Source: a virus (Duplodnaviria > Caudoviricetes). Taken from it: a stretch of 52,875 nucleotides of DNA. A program made the translations under genes and the position numbers. The notes under the pieces were generated by a model. The model was not told the DNA's origin and ran no database searches. It worked only from the letters and a program-made list of their open reading frames with translations. Shown here piece by piece: positions 52,653-52,875 of this stretch; position 1 is the stretch's first letter, and every line of letters starts with the position of its first letter. The stretch covers positions 1 through 52,875 of IMG/VR virus record IMGVR_UViG_3300044478_000026; one strand, 5' to 3'.

Positions 52653-52875
52653 GGGTAGTCCTTGGGCTCGTGTTTGAACTCCATCAACAACTCCGCAGCG
52701 GGCGGGGGCGAGGGCTCCGTGAGCGGCGGGAGCTTCGACACCAGCTCGGGCTTCAGTTCCAGCACCAGCGCGCGGACTGCCAGCTCCATCTGCCGCGTCT
52801 GCTGGACCATCTTCTCCACCTCGACCGCCAGTAGCCCCAAGGCCGTGGGGACTGCGAGCATCGCGTTCGCAGCAG
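52649..52875 (-). CDS. Hypothetical protein, probably 5'-truncated by the window
   Basis: ATGA overlap with the next gene. Confidence 0.5.
   Translation of the reverse strand, partial: AANAMLAVPTALGLLAVEVEKMVQQTRQMELAVRALVLELKPELVSKLPPLTEPSPPPAAELLMEFKHEPKDYP

Noticed and set aside
1-52875. tRNA, rRNA, integrase, reverse transcriptase/DGR, stop-codon recoding
   Set aside because: No cloverleaf, rRNA-like segment or relevant catalytic motifs seen; conserved genes are intact in the standard code and end at both TGA and TAG.

Overview
A high-GC (roughly two-thirds G+C by eye) segment of a large tailed dsDNA phage. Genes lie almost entirely on the minus strand and are tightly coupled through ATGA/GTGA overlaps. 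In transcription order (right to left): (1) an accessory/early region of small ORFs behind a repeated TTGACAAT-type promoter, containing a spanin-like pair, a GHKL-ATPase/HExxH protein, an ATP-dependent ligase, a MoxR-AAA/VWA pair and an M15 endolysin followed by an HNH gene; (2) a replication/recombination block: initiator with an internal iteron origin, DnaC/IstB-like loader, DnaB, primase, two SSBs, SF2 helicase, double-MerR regulator, RecA, two resolvases, Cas4-like nuclease and a ParB-like protein; (3) a 2,255-aa multidomain protein with tandem HipA/PI3K-like kinases next to a zeta-toxin-like kinase; (4) PolA and the terminase genes. Most notable: an HNH element that appears to have inserted at the endolysin's last Zn-ligand codon and supplied a recoded replacement 3' end; the giant kinase/ART-like protein and zeta protein sharing a candidate head-targeting/cleavage motif; seven exact copies of a dispersed 12-bp near-palindrome GACCA(CA/TG)TGGTC; and a structured attenuator-like leader on the initiator gene. 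No tRNA, rRNA, CRISPR array, integrase or reverse transcriptase was seen. All family calls come from motif recognition by eye, not database searches.
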